Positions 51,572 through 61,283 of a stretch of DNA of 64,000 nt are shown piece by piece (the stretch's first letter is position 1; each line of letters begins with the position of its first letter). The position numbers and the translations under genes were made by a program. This DNA is from an uncultured delta proteobacterium. GTDB taxonomy: Bacteria; Myxococcota; Myxococcia; Myxococcales; Myxococcaceae. The notes under the pieces are model-generated. The model was not told where the DNA came from. It ran no database searches and saw only the letters and a program-made list of their open reading frames with translations. The stretch spans positions 352,001 to 416,000 of the forward strand of contig CAVQKE010000004.1 in assembly GCA_963713045.1 (NCBI GenBank), read 5' to 3'.

Positions 51572-52498
51572 TCAGCTCCTCAGCGCCCGCAGCGCGTCAC
51601 GCGCGCTGTAACGGGGCTCGAAGCCAAGCACCTCTCGGCACCGGGCGCCGTCGGCGACGCAGGCGTAGTGAAGGTACGCCAACAAGGTCGCCGGTGTCGC
51701 CGTGACGCCGGCGGCGTTGAGGCCTCGAAGAATGGCCCGGGCCAGCGGGGCAGGCAGCGGCAAGGCCCGGCTACCGGCCAGGGCAACCATCGCTGAGAGC
51801 GGGAGGACCTCTCTAGAAACGACGTTGAAAACGCCGGCCGAGGCCTTGTCCAGGACGTGAAGCAGCACCGCACAAGCGTCTTCCTCATGGACGGCCTGCC
51901 ACAGCGGGTCAAACCCGAGGAGAGTGGGGGCCAGAGGTCGCCGGAAGAAGCGCGTCGCCGGGTTGTCGGCGGTGGGCCCGAGGACGGGGGCGAAGCGGAG
52001 CACCGTTACCTCCACCTCCGGGTGCGCGGTGCGGAAGACCGCGACTTGCTTCTCCACTTCCACCCGGTCGGAGACGAAGCGGCTGGCCGCGCCGTGGAGC
52101 GGCGCGTCCTCGGTGAGGAGCGCGGGGTTGTCCGGCCGCGCCCCGTACACCAGCGTGTAGGAGGGCACCACCAGCTTCTTCACGCCCGCCCGCGCGGCAG
52201 CGGCCAGGACGTGCAGCGTCCCGATGACCTCCACCTCGTGGGCAAACGCGGCGCTGCGGGTGCGTCCGTGCAAAAAGGCCAAGTGGTAAAGCACTTCCAC
52301 CTGGGCTTCGCCCAGCAAGTCCACCAGCTCCGACTCGACGTCGTAGCGGGTGAAGTCCACCCGGTGGTGTGCCACCCGTGGCCCGCTGGCTCCCCGGGTA
52401 CCCAGCGTCAGGATGTGGCCCACGCGGGCGTCCTGTCGCAAGCGCGGCAGCAGCAGCGTCCCGAAGTCTCCGGTGGGCCCGGTCATTGCCACCCGCAT
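51572..52498 (-). CDS. NAD-dependent epimerase/dehydratase (extended SDR)
   Basis: TGPTGDFG, YHLAF, VYGA.PDNP..LTED, Q.VHEED. Confidence 0.85.
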   Translation of the reverse strand: MRVAMTGPTGDFGTLLLPRLRQDARVGHILTLGTRGASGPRVAHHRVDFTRYDVESELVDLLGEAQVEVLYHLAFLHGRTRSAAFAHEVEVIGTLHVLAAAARAGVKKLVVPSYTLVYGARPDNPALLTEDAPLHGAASRFVSDRVEVEKQVAVFRTAHPEVEVTVLRFAPVLGPTADNPATRFFRRPLAPTLLGFDPLWQAVHEEDACAVLLHVLDKASAGVFNVVSREVLPLSAMVALAGSRALPLPAPLARAILRGLNAAGVTATPATLLAYLHYACVADGARCREVLGFEPRYSARDALRALRS

Positions 52499-52581
52499 CA
52501 ATCGCGTGCTTCGGGCTTGCCCCATCCCTCCGGTGCGGTGTACCGCACCGGGCCTGGAACTGGGAAGCACCCGGCCAGCCG

Positions 52582-54324
52582 ATGCAAACCATTCGTCTGC
52601 TGAGCGATGAGTTGGTCGACCAAATCGCCGCGGGCGAGGTGGTAGAGCGTCCGGCTTCGGTGGTGAAGGAGCTGGGGGAGAACGCCCTCGACGCCGGGGC
52701 GAAAAACATCCTGGTCCGCTTGGAGGGTGGGGGCACCCAGCGCATCGAAGTGGTGGACGATGGGCGGGGAATGTCCTCCGAGGATGCTCCGCTGGCGCTG
52801 AGGCGCCATGCCACCAGCAAGCTGAGCAGCTTGGCGGGGCTGCAACGCATTGTCAGCTTCGGCTTTCGCGGGGAGGCCCTGGCTGCGGTGGCCTCCGTCT
52901 CCCGGCTGCTGCTGCGGACGGCGGAGGCCGGCGCCAGCGCCGGGACGGAAGTCCGCGTGGAGGCCGGCGTGGTGGTTTCCATCGGTGCGGCCCCGGCGAG
53001 GGCCGGCACCCAGGTGGTGGTGGAGGACCTCTTTTTTGGCGTGCCGGCGCGAAGAAAATTCCTGCGCCGCAAGGAGACAGAAGTCCGTCACTGCGAGCAG
53101 TCGGTGCTGCGGCTGGCGCTGGCCCACCCGGCGGTGGCCTTTCGCTTGGAAAATGAGGGACGGGTGTTGCTGAGCCTGCCGCCCAGTGGCGCAGACGTGG
53201 CCGAGCGGATTGCCGCCGCGCTGGGGGCAGAGGTGCACCCCCACCTGCTGCCGCTTGAGGAGCGCCGGCTGGACGTGCGCGTGCACGGCGTCATCGCCTC
53301 CCCGGAGTACAGCCAGTCCACGGCCCGGAGCCTCTACACCTTCGTCAACGGGCGCTTTGTGCGTGACCGCGCGGTGCACGCCGCCATTCACCGCGGGCTA
53401 CAGCCCCTGTTGCCCCCGGGCCGCCAACCGGTGGGTGTCCTCTACCTCGAGCTCGAGCCCGGGGCCGTCGACGTCAACGTCCATCCTCAGAAGCTGGAGG
53501 TGCGCTTCGCGGACGCCGCTGGCGTCACTGAGGCGGTGCGCGCCGCCGTCGGCCGGGCGGTGGAGAGCGCACTCTGGCTGCAGCGCCCCGCCGGCGCTGA
53601 GGTGACGCCGGACTATGCCCAGGCGGTGGAGCGCTTTCTGCGGCTGGCGGAGCACGCCCCTGGGACTGCGGTCCCTTTTCCGGCGGCCTTCCCGAACGCA
53701 GCCGGCGGCGCACCCCGGGCGCCGGCGTTCGGCGAATCACGCCCTGGCCGCAACGAGGCACCGGCCCCCGGCTTCTTTGGAGGGTTGCGGGTCCTCGGCT
53801 CGCTCGACGGGCAGGCCTTGGTGTGCCAGGGCCCAGGCGGCTCGCTGGTGGTCCTCGACCTGCACGCGGCCTATGAAAGGACGTGCCTCGAGCGCTTGGT
53901 GCGCCAGCAGGCCCCGGATGAGGCGCAGGCGGAATTCCTCGGGCCGCCGGTGCAGGTCAGTGCGCCCGCCGGAAGCCGCCTGGAGGAGCTCGCCCCAGTC
54001 CTGTCTGCCCTCGGGCTGGTCGCCGAGCCCTTCGGGACGGGCGCCCTGCGTTGGCGCCGGGTCCCGACGGCCTTGGCCGGCCTCAGCGGCGAAGCGCTGG
54101 TGCGGGCGGTGCTGGAGGCCGAGGACGCCCGCCCCGAGACGTTGCGCGCCGCCCTGGCCTGCGCCAGCGCGAGCCTCAGCGTGGCGGAATTCTCCGAGCG
54201 CGGGGTGCTGCGGCTGCTCGGCGAGCTGGAGAAGAGTGACTTCGCGCGCCCCTGCCGGCATCGGGCGCTGGTGACGCTGGAGGTGCCCCTTCTGGACGTC
54301 GCGCCCAACCGAGGCCTCCCCTGA
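52582..54324 (+). CDS. mutL: DNA mismatch repair protein MutL
   Basis: QIAAGEVVERPASVVKEL.ENALDA, RHATSK, GFRGEAL, VDVNVHPQK; divergent C-terminal domain. Confidence 0.93.
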   Translation: MQTIRLLSDELVDQIAAGEVVERPASVVKELGENALDAGAKNILVRLEGGGTQRIEVVDDGRGMSSEDAPLALRRHATSKLSSLAGLQRIVSFGFRGEALAAVASVSRLLLRTAEAGASAGTEVRVEAGVVVSIGAAPARAGTQVVVEDLFFGVPARRKFLRRKETEVRHCEQSVLRLALAHPAVAFRLENEGRVLLSLPPSGADVAERIAAALGAEVHPHLLPLEERRLDVRVHGVIASPEYSQSTARSLYTFVNGRFVRDRAVHAAIHRGLQPLLPPGRQPVGVLYLELEPGAVDVNVHPQKLEVRFADAAGVTEAVRAAVGRAVESALWLQRPAGAEVTPDYAQAVERFLRLAEHAPGTAVPFPAAFPNAAGGAPRAPAFGESRPGRNEAPAPGFFGGLRVLGSLDGQALVCQGPGGSLVVLDLHAAYERTCLERLVRQQAPDEAQAEFLGPPVQVSAPAGSRLEELAPVLSALGLVAEPFGTGALRWRRVPTALAGLSGEALVRAVLEAEDARPETLRAALACASASLSVAEFSERGVLRLLGELEKSDFARPCRHRALVTLEVPLLDVAPNRGLP

Positions 54325-54374
54325 CGGGCAATGCTTGGCAACGCTAGGCGACGGATGGTCTTCTGCCGGCCCCA

Positions 54375-55325
54375 ATGGCGGACCTGGACAAAGAGCTCTC
54401 CGACATTCGCCGCGAGGTGATGGAGAGCCGCAACCTCGTCATCCGGGCCGACAACCAGCTGAAGACGCTGCACGCCGAATTGAAGACGGTGGCGCGCCGG
54501 CTGGACGAAGCCATGGCCCAGCAGCGTCTGTCCAGCGTCGGTGCCTACGTCCTCTTTGCCCTGTTGGCGGTGGGGGCAGGCGTCTTGGTTTCGGTGGTGC
54601 GGGGCTCGGTTGCGGCCCACGAGCACGAGCGCCTCAGCCAGCAGCTGGATGAGACCAGCCTGGCCCTGCAGAAAAGTCAGGTCCAGGTCACCAGCGCCGC
54701 GGCAGCCAGCCGAAGCGCCAGCGACGTCTACCGGCTGTTGGCCGAGGGCTCGCCGGACGAGCGCCTGGCAGCAGTGTCGGCTCTCAGCAAACTGGACCAG
54801 GCCCACCTGACGCCGCTGGAACGACGAGCGCTTCAGGAGAGGTTGGAGCTAACCCGCCGAGAGCTGGGTGCGAGCGCCTTGGAGAGAGGGCGGCAGGCGA
54901 GCCGCCGCGGAGAGGCGGCCGCCGTGTCCGAGGAGCTGAGCCGGTTTCTCGCCATGGACCCACCCGAGCCCGAGGCGCTGGAGGCCTCCTTCCTGCTGGG
55001 CACCTCCTATGCTCGCAATGGGCGCCCCCAAGATGCCATCCCGCTGCTGAGCCGGGTGGTGGACAAGGAAAAAAATCCCAAGCGCCGCGAGGAGGCGATG
55101 GCCCTGCTGGCGCTTGCCTATGAACAAACGGGGCAACCGGAGCGCGCCGCCCAGGTGGCCCGGTCTGCGCTGGAGGCCTCTCCGGACAGCCCCTGGGCAC
55201 CGGCCTTCCGTTCGCGGCTCGCCGCCTCCCGGCGGGCCCTGGCGGCGGATGCCGGGGTCGCAGCGCCGCCAGCCGGGATTCTGCATCCGGCGGGCGATGC
55301 TGGCCGGGCGCCGGCTGGACACTGA
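54375..55325 (+). CDS. coiled-coil + single-TM + TPR protein
   Basis: N-terminal heptads, TM YVLFALLAVGAGVLV, TPR-like FLLGTSY...AIPLL and LLALAYEQTG...AA. Confidence 0.75.
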   Translation: MADLDKELSDIRREVMESRNLVIRADNQLKTLHAELKTVARRLDEAMAQQRLSSVGAYVLFALLAVGAGVLVSVVRGSVAAHEHERLSQQLDETSLALQKSQVQVTSAAAASRSASDVYRLLAEGSPDERLAAVSALSKLDQAHLTPLERRALQERLELTRRELGASALERGRQASRRGEAAAVSEELSRFLAMDPPEPEALEASFLLGTSYARNGRPQDAIPLLSRVVDKEKNPKRREEAMALLALAYEQTGQPERAAQVARSALEASPDSPWAPAFRSRLAASRRALAADAGVAAPPAGILHPAGDAGRAPAGH

Positions 55326-55370
55326 CCACTCCGCCCCGGGAGCGCTTGCCAGCTTGGCGCGGCGAGGCTT

Positions 55371-55874
55371 ATGCGGAGGTTCCCCGTGGCTGCCGACGCC
55401 CCCAAGGTGCGCAATGCCCGCTACCGCCCCTTCCGGGCGGTGGCGCTGGGCGCCTACCTGGTGGTGGTGGTCACCTTTTCCTCGCTGGTCATCTTCAGCG
55501 TGGTGCGTTCCGTCATGGACATGACGCCCCATCAGCCGCTTCGCGACGCGGCGCCCCTCTCCCCGAAGCAGTGTGCCGTGCGCGCGCAACAGCTGTACGG
55601 GGAACTCGAAGCGCAACGTCAAAACCTGTCTGCGGTGCAGCCAGCGGCCGAGGCGTCGTTGCGCTGGACGACCTTCCGGGTGGCTTGGCTGAATGGCCTG
55701 CGGCAAGCCCAAGCCAGCTGCGCAGAGGACACGCTGAGCCGAGACGTCTTTCGCCGCCTGGAGACGCTGGAGAACTTGTACACCACCTCCGCCGTCCAAT
55801 ATTCCGGAGAAATGGGGCCGGCCGTGGACGCCTTTCTGCGCGCCCTGGGGAAGTTGCGAGCCGCGGGGGGCTGA
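55371..55874 (+). CDS. hypothetical membrane-anchored protein
   Basis: TM segment followed by a helical domain with two Cys; start uncertain. Confidence 0.65.
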   Translation: MRRFPVAADAPKVRNARYRPFRAVALGAYLVVVVTFSSLVIFSVVRSVMDMTPHQPLRDAAPLSPKQCAVRAQQLYGELEAQRQNLSAVQPAAEASLRWTTFRVAWLNGLRQAQASCAEDTLSRDVFRRLETLENLYTTSAVQYSGEMGPAVDAFLRALGKLRAAGG

Positions 55875-55886
55875 TGGGCCGGCCCT

Positions 55887-56435
55887 CTAGGGGCAGCCGC
55901 CGTCCGTCACCGTTGCCAGCCACACGTAGCTGACGGCGTAGGTGGTTTGCAGGGCGGTCCCGCCGTCCGGCAGGGGAACGGCCACCGGTACCGGGGCACC
56001 ATTCACCAGCGGCCCGTCCGCCACCAGCACCTCCACAAAGTGCGTCCCCGGTGCCTGCACCGGGCCCGGCGCGGCAAAGTCGACGGTGTAGGTGGCAGCC
56101 TCGGTGCGGAAGGCGCTCCCGTTGGGGGGAATGGTGCCCTGGGCCACCAGCCCAGTGTCGGCCGTCGAGTCCACGTAGAAGTTGAAATAGAGGAGGGCCG
56201 AGAGGTCCGCCTCCTCCACCGGCGCGCTGAAGGTCAGTGGGGGGCAGTCCGCGCCCCCGTCCACGGTGAAGAAGCGCGGTGAGGGCTGCACTTTCGCCTC
56301 GAGAATGGAGGGCGGCTGGTTCGGCGCGGTGGGAAGGTCGGCGAGGATGTTGTCGTCCTGGGGCAGAAGGCAGCCGGTGAGGCCAACCCCGCCGACGACT
56401 GCGGCCAGCAGCGGCGTGGCCCAAGGACACCTCAC
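55887..56435 (-). CDS. hypothetical lipoprotein
   Basis: Lipobox LTGC; GTGA overlap with the upstream activator gene. Confidence 0.75.
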   Translation of the reverse strand: MRCPWATPLLAAVVGGVGLTGCLLPQDDNILADLPTAPNQPPSILEAKVQPSPRFFTVDGGADCPPLTFSAPVEEADLSALLYFNFYVDSTADTGLVAQGTIPPNGSAFRTEAATYTVDFAAPGPVQAPGTHFVEVLVADGPLVNGAPVPVAVPLPDGGTALQTTYAVSYVWLATVTDGGCP

Positions 56436-58243
56436 GGAAGGTCCTCCTCCGGCGCGTCCGGTGGCGGGCGGCCGCCCCGCTCGGCTTCCAGCTTCTCGAG
56501 GAAGCGAAAGACGGTGCGCGGGTCCACGCCCAGCTCGCGTGCCGCCCGGGTGCGGTTGCCGCCGTTGCGTTCCAGAATTTGGACAATGTAGCGCCGCTGA
56601 AACTCCTCGCGCGCGTCGGCCAAGGGCAGCACCGGGCTTGCGTCCTCGGCCTCCAGCTCCAAGTCTTCAGGCCGTAGCAAGGTTCGCTCGGCCAGCACCA
56701 CCGCGCGCTGGATGCGGTTTTTCAGCTCGCGGATGTTTCCTGGCCAGGGGTACTTTCGCAGCGCGGAAAGCGCCGGCGAACTGAAGCCGCGGGCCCGACT
56801 CTTGAATTCGCTTGCAAACAGCCCGAGGAAGTACCGCGCCAGCACCAGCACGTCGTCTCCGCGCTCCCGCAGCGGAGGCAGACGCACCGAGAAGGTGTTG
56901 ATGCGGTAGTAGAGGTCCTCGCGGAAGGTGCCGCGACGGACCTCCTCCAGAAGGACGCGGTGGGTGGCCGCCACCACCCGCAAGTCCACCGACTCCGGCC
57001 GCACGTCGCCGAGTCGCGTCACTTGCTTGTCCTCCAGCGCTCGAAGCAGCTTCACCTGAAGCGCCGGGCTCATCTCCCCAAGTTCGTCGAGGAACAGCGT
57101 TCCGCCGCGCGCCGCTTGGAAGCGGCCGGGCCGATTGGACACCGCGCCGGTGAAGGCCCCTCGCACGTGTCCGAAGAGTTCGGCTTCGAGGAGTGTCTCC
57201 GGAATGGCGCCGCAGTTGAGGGTGACGAAGGGGCCGTCGGCTCGCGGGCTTCGCCGGTGGATTTCCCGGGCGATGAGCTCCTTTCCGGTGCCGGTCTCCC
57301 CCTCCAACAGGACGGTGATGTCGGTGGGTGCCACCTTGTCCACGCGCCGGTACACGTCGCGCATCCCCTCGCACGCGCCCACCAACTCGCCGTAGCGCTG
57401 CTGCTGCAGCTGTCCCCGGAGTTCCCGCACGTCCAAGCGCAACTCGTCGAGAAGTAGGGCGTTTTGCAGCAAGAGTGCAGCCTGCGCCGCGAAGATGGTG
57501 AGCAAGTCCAACGCCTGAGCGTCGAAGCCACCCCGAAACCGGTCGGTGCCGAGGTACAGCACCCCAAACGGGGGCGGCTGGTCGCCCAAGGGCACGCAGA
57601 GAATGGACGACAGTTGCAGGTTCACCACCGAGGCGCTTGCCGAGAACTCCGGGTCGGCCAAGGCGTTTTGGACCAACAGCGGCTGGCCACTGCGGAGGAC
57701 TTTGCCGAGGACGGTGTCCGACAGGCCGTGGCGGGCCTCGGCCAGCTTCTCGCGGGAGACGTTGCGGGCGGCGCGCACCACCAACTCCCCCTCTTGCAGG
57801 ACGAGCACCAGCCCTCGGTCCGCGCCGGTGAGGGCCACCGCTTCGTCGAGGAGCAATTCCAGAAGGGCGTCGGCGTCCCGAGAACCGAGGAGGGTGGCGC
57901 TGAAGCGGATGAGGCGGCGCAGAATGGCCCCGGCGTCGGCCGGCGGGGAGGGGTGGGACGCGTCCGCCGCAGCGTAGGTCAGCTCACTGCCTCCCACCCT
58001 CAGGGTGAGGCCGTCGGTGAGGACGCACGCGTCCCGGCGTTGGCCATTCACCACGAAGGGCGCCTCCACCGCCCCCGCCCTCCAGGAATTCCCCTCGTTC
58101 AGCACGGTGAAGGCGTGCTGCGGCACCCGGGGGTCTTCCAGGCAGACGTCATTGTCCGGGTGGCGCCCGACGCTGGTGATGCGCTTCACCAGCGGCAGCG
58201 AGCGTCGGACGCCGTCCGGAGTGTGTACGAGGAGGGTGGGCAC
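56432..58243 (-). CDS. sigma-54 enhancer-binding protein, FHA-GAF-AAA+-HTH
   Basis: FHA VGRHPDNDV, GAF SILCVPL, GETGTGKE, GAFTGA, LFLDELGEM, WPGNIREL, Fis-type HTH. Confidence 0.95.
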   Translation of the reverse strand: MPTLLVHTPDGVRRSLPLVKRITSVGRHPDNDVCLEDPRVPQHAFTVLNEGNSWRAGAVEAPFVVNGQRRDACVLTDGLTLRVGGSELTYAAADASHPSPPADAGAILRRLIRFSATLLGSRDADALLELLLDEAVALTGADRGLVLVLQEGELVVRAARNVSREKLAEARHGLSDTVLGKVLRSGQPLLVQNALADPEFSASASVVNLQLSSILCVPLGDQPPPFGVLYLGTDRFRGGFDAQALDLLTIFAAQAALLLQNALLLDELRLDVRELRGQLQQQRYGELVGACEGMRDVYRRVDKVAPTDITVLLEGETGTGKELIAREIHRRSPRADGPFVTLNCGAIPETLLEAELFGHVRGAFTGAVSNRPGRFQAARGGTLFLDELGEMSPALQVKLLRALEDKQVTRLGDVRPESVDLRVVAATHRVLLEEVRRGTFREDLYYRINTFSVRLPPLRERGDDVLVLARYFLGLFASEFKSRARGFSSPALSALRKYPWPGNIRELKNRIQRAVVLAERTLLRPEDLELEAEDASPVLPLADAREEFQRRYIVQILERNGGNRTRAARELGVDPRTVFRFLEKLEAERGGRPPPDAPEEDLP

Positions 58244-58262
58244 GTCGCCGGCTGCTTTCTCG

Positions 58263-59237
58263 CTAGAAGCGCATGCCGAGCCCGAGCCCGACACTGCCCC
58301 GGGGCGCGGGCATCAACTCGACCCGCGGGGCACTCGGGTCGGCCGCTGGGCCCGGGGCCGGGCCAAGCTTTTCGATGTGTGTCGTCACCACCTCGGCTTG
58401 ATAGTGCAACAGCGCGTCGAGGACGCCTGCCACGTAGACGGCATAGAAGCCAATGCCGCTGCTGACTTTCACCACATTCCAAGTCTGCGCCTCGCCGGCC
58501 CGCGCGGCGGGAATGCCCGTCTGGACGATGGTTTGGGTTGTCCCAGGGAAGGTCTCCACCTGAATGGTGCGCGTGGTGATGAGAGAGCCGTAGACGAAGT
58601 AGCCGACGATGCTGACCACCGCCAGGACGCCTTCGGCCACGGCGAAGCCAGTCCCGGCGCCGACACGGCCCTCTTGAAACTGACCGGCACCAAAGGGCAC
58701 GAAATTCACCAGGACGCTGTGCTTCTCCACCGTGCGGACGGTGATTTGGCGGGACATTTCCTCGATGGCCCGGCGCTGAGCCTCGGTCTGCTGCGCCAGG
58801 GCGGCGCGCTCCTCCGCGGCGGCCTTGGCGGCGGCCTCACGCTGCCGGCGTTGCTCGCGGAGAAACTCCAACTCCGCCGCCATCGCGCGCCGCTGGCTTT
58901 CGACGAAGGCCACCGTGGGGGGCGGGTAGACGAATGGGTCGAGGCTGAAGTCCGGGTCCAATCGCAACAGCGCCGCGACGTGCCGTTCCGCCTCGTCGAG
59001 GCGATGCAGGTTGAAGGCCGACAGTCCAGCCAGCTTGTGCAGCTCCACCAGGGCATCGGCGTTCAGTCCCACGCCGTCGATGCGCGCGTTGGCCCGGGCC
59101 AGCACCTCGGCATAGCGGCCGTAGTCATAGGCAGCGGCCAAGGCGGCGAGGTCCGCCCGGAGGGCTTCGTCCCCCGGCGGAGCTGCCGGCGGGGCGCCGG
59201 CCCACAACAGCACCAGCGGGACGAGGAGGGTGCTCAC
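58263..59237 (-). CDS. exported TPR-like protein with C-terminal hydrophobic segments
   Basis: Signal peptide, helical repeat (AYDYGRYAEV), LDPFVYPP, coiled coil, NFVPFGAGQF, terminal GLGMRF. Confidence 0.75.
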   Translation of the reverse strand: MSTLLVPLVLLWAGAPPAAPPGDEALRADLAALAAAYDYGRYAEVLARANARIDGVGLNADALVELHKLAGLSAFNLHRLDEAERHVAALLRLDPDFSLDPFVYPPPTVAFVESQRRAMAAELEFLREQRRQREAAAKAAAEERAALAQQTEAQRRAIEEMSRQITVRTVEKHSVLVNFVPFGAGQFQEGRVGAGTGFAVAEGVLAVVSIVGYFVYGSLITTRTIQVETFPGTTQTIVQTGIPAARAGEAQTWNVVKVSSGIGFYAVYVAGVLDALLHYQAEVVTTHIEKLGPAPGPAADPSAPRVELMPAPRGSVGLGLGMRF

Positions 59238-61012
59238 CGGGGCTCCAACTTGCCAGACAGCGTCTCGCTCTGCCCAGGGAGGACTTCCACCGTCCCGGTG
59301 CTGTCCTGGTAGCCGGGGTGCGAGACGACGTAGGCCACTTCATGAATGAAGCGGCTGGCGGCCCGGGGGGACAACAGGGCAAAAGGGCGAGACAGGCTTT
59401 CTGCTGACGTGCGTCTCTGTCCGGCAACCGTCACCGTGGCGTCCTTGGGCTCGAAGTCGAAGCTGAGGTAGGCCGTCTTCAAGCGCGCCGGAAGCGCAAA
59501 CGTCTGCGGGCCGCCGGGAAGGACGTCGATGACGTGCTCCGAATCCTCACACCACTGGCAGCTGACACGCACCGTGTGCCGCCCCGGCGCCAGCTGCACC
59601 GAGTGGGCGGTCAGCGGGTCGCGACTCCGGGGCCCCCCGTCCACCTGCACCGAGCCATAGGGGCGCACCAGCAATTCCACCGGGACACTCTCTAACCGGG
59701 ACCCGCGCTTTTCCGCCGCCGCCACGGCCGGGCGGGCCGCGGCCGAAGGCGTCGGCGGCGCCGGGGAGGGTGGGGCGACTTGGCTGGTGGCCGCGACAGG
59801 ACTGGCTGGCGCCGACACGGCCAAGGGTAAGCGTGCTTGGGGCCGGGCAACAGCGGACGTTTGCCGCCAGCGCACCACGCCGGCGCCGAGGAGGGCCAAC
59901 AGCAGGGGCAGGGCGAGCGCGCCGCGGAGAAGCCACTGCCGGCGCCGCTGACGGCGCTGTTGCCCTTGCGCGCGCCGCAGCACGGAACCGGCCACCGCGT
60001 CCTCGGGCCGTAGCCCAAGCAGCTGGTCCACGGCGGCCAGCGCGACGGCCGTCCGGCCCGCGGCCAGCGCGGCCTCGGCCCGCTCGGCCAGGCCGTCCGC
60101 CAGACGACTCACCAACCGCTGGCGCTGGACGTCCGGGTCGAGGTGGAAGGCCGCCACCTGCGCCGCACAGTCCGACAGCCCCACCTCGCCAAGTGCGGTG
60201 CTGAGGGCCGCTTCCAACTCGGCCGCCGTCGGGTAGCGGTCTTCCGGCCGGTGCTGCAGACAGCGGGCGAGAATGGCGGCCAGGGCGTCCGAGAGCGCGG
60301 GCGTCCGCCGGCGGGGGTCTTCGTACACGCCGTCCAGAATGCGCTTCAGCATGGCCGAGGTGCTGGGGGCGGTGAAGGGAAGGGCGCCGGTCCACAGCCA
60401 GTACAACAGCGTCCCCACCGCGAAGACGTCGGCTTCGGGACCCGCGGCCAATCCGTCGATGACTTCCGGCGCCATGTAGGCAGGCGAGCCCACCAGCGCC
60501 CCGGTCTGCGTCATCCGCTCGTCCGGGTCCAGCACCCGGGCAATGCCGAAGTCCATCAGTTTCAGGACGCCGTCGTCGCGAAGCATGATGTTTTCTGGTT
60601 TGAGGTCGCGGTGCACCACTCCGGCTTGGTGCGCGTGCGCCAGGGCTGCAGCCACTTGGTTGGCGATGGCGGCCCCCACCTCCGGTGGCCAGCAGCGCAC
60701 GCGCTCGGCGAAGGCGCGCAGGGTTTCCCCCCGCACCAGCTCCGTCACCAGAAAGGCGTCCTCAGCCCCTGGGTCGGCGACGTCGAAGACTTCGACGATG
60801 TTGGGGTGCTGCAACCGGGCCACCGCTCGGGCCTCGCGCTCCAGCCGCCTCCGCGCGTCGCCGTGCTGCTGCAAAAGGTGCGGATGCAGCACCTTGACGG
60901 CCACTTCCCGGTGCAGGGCGGTGTCCAGTCCGCGGTAGACGACACTCATCCCGCCCGTTCCAAGGCGCTCGAGCAGCCGGTAGCGACTCAGCTGGCGACC
61001 GACGAGATTCAT
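59234..61012 (-). CDS. membrane Ser/Thr protein kinase with PEGA-like extracellular domains
   Basis: LGTGGMSVV, VAVK, HRDLKPEN, DFG, YMAPE; TM segment; C-terminal LAPGRHTVRV and HPGY. Confidence 0.95.
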   Translation of the reverse strand: MNLVGRQLSRYRLLERLGTGGMSVVYRGLDTALHREVAVKVLHPHLLQQHGDARRRLEREARAVARLQHPNIVEVFDVADPGAEDAFLVTELVRGETLRAFAERVRCWPPEVGAAIANQVAAALAHAHQAGVVHRDLKPENIMLRDDGVLKLMDFGIARVLDPDERMTQTGALVGSPAYMAPEVIDGLAAGPEADVFAVGTLLYWLWTGALPFTAPSTSAMLKRILDGVYEDPRRRTPALSDALAAILARCLQHRPEDRYPTAAELEAALSTALGEVGLSDCAAQVAAFHLDPDVQRQRLVSRLADGLAERAEAALAAGRTAVALAAVDQLLGLRPEDAVAGSVLRRAQGQQRRQRRRQWLLRGALALPLLLALLGAGVVRWRQTSAVARPQARLPLAVSAPASPVAATSQVAPPSPAPPTPSAAARPAVAAAEKRGSRLESVPVELLVRPYGSVQVDGGPRSRDPLTAHSVQLAPGRHTVRVSCQWCEDSEHVIDVLPGGPQTFALPARLKTAYLSFDFEPKDATVTVAGQRRTSAESLSRPFALLSPRAASRFIHEVAYVVSHPGYQDSTGTVEVLPGQSETLSGKLEPR

Positions 61013-61224
61013 GCCACCCTGAAACTCCGGCAACGCATGTCTGAGGACTTCGAAAGGTGCCTGTAGACGAACCGTCTGTCGCCGCGGCAAAGCCCCCACA
61101 ACCAGGCCCCAAGCCAGCGGTCGCAACTCTAGGCGCGGCCCGCCTACAGCGCCACTGCAACCCTGACATGGCCGTCATCGCTTCCGGCTGTCGACGATGC
61201 GTGGTCGGGGTGGCCGCCGGCGTT

Positions 61225-61270
61225 CCCGGTGGACGTTCGCCGGCAGCATTCGCTGACGAACGTCGCCGGG
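61225..61270. other. long hairpin just downstream of lon
   Basis: GACGTTCG (61232-61239) / CGAACGTC (61257-61264), outer CCCGGT/GCCGGG, inner CAGC/GCTG. Confidence 0.55.
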
Positions 61271-61283
61271 GGTGTCGCAGTCT

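Noticed and set aside
61225..61270. SRP RNA or 6S RNA
   Set aside because: Lacks the SRP GGAA-tetraloop domain and is too short for 6S
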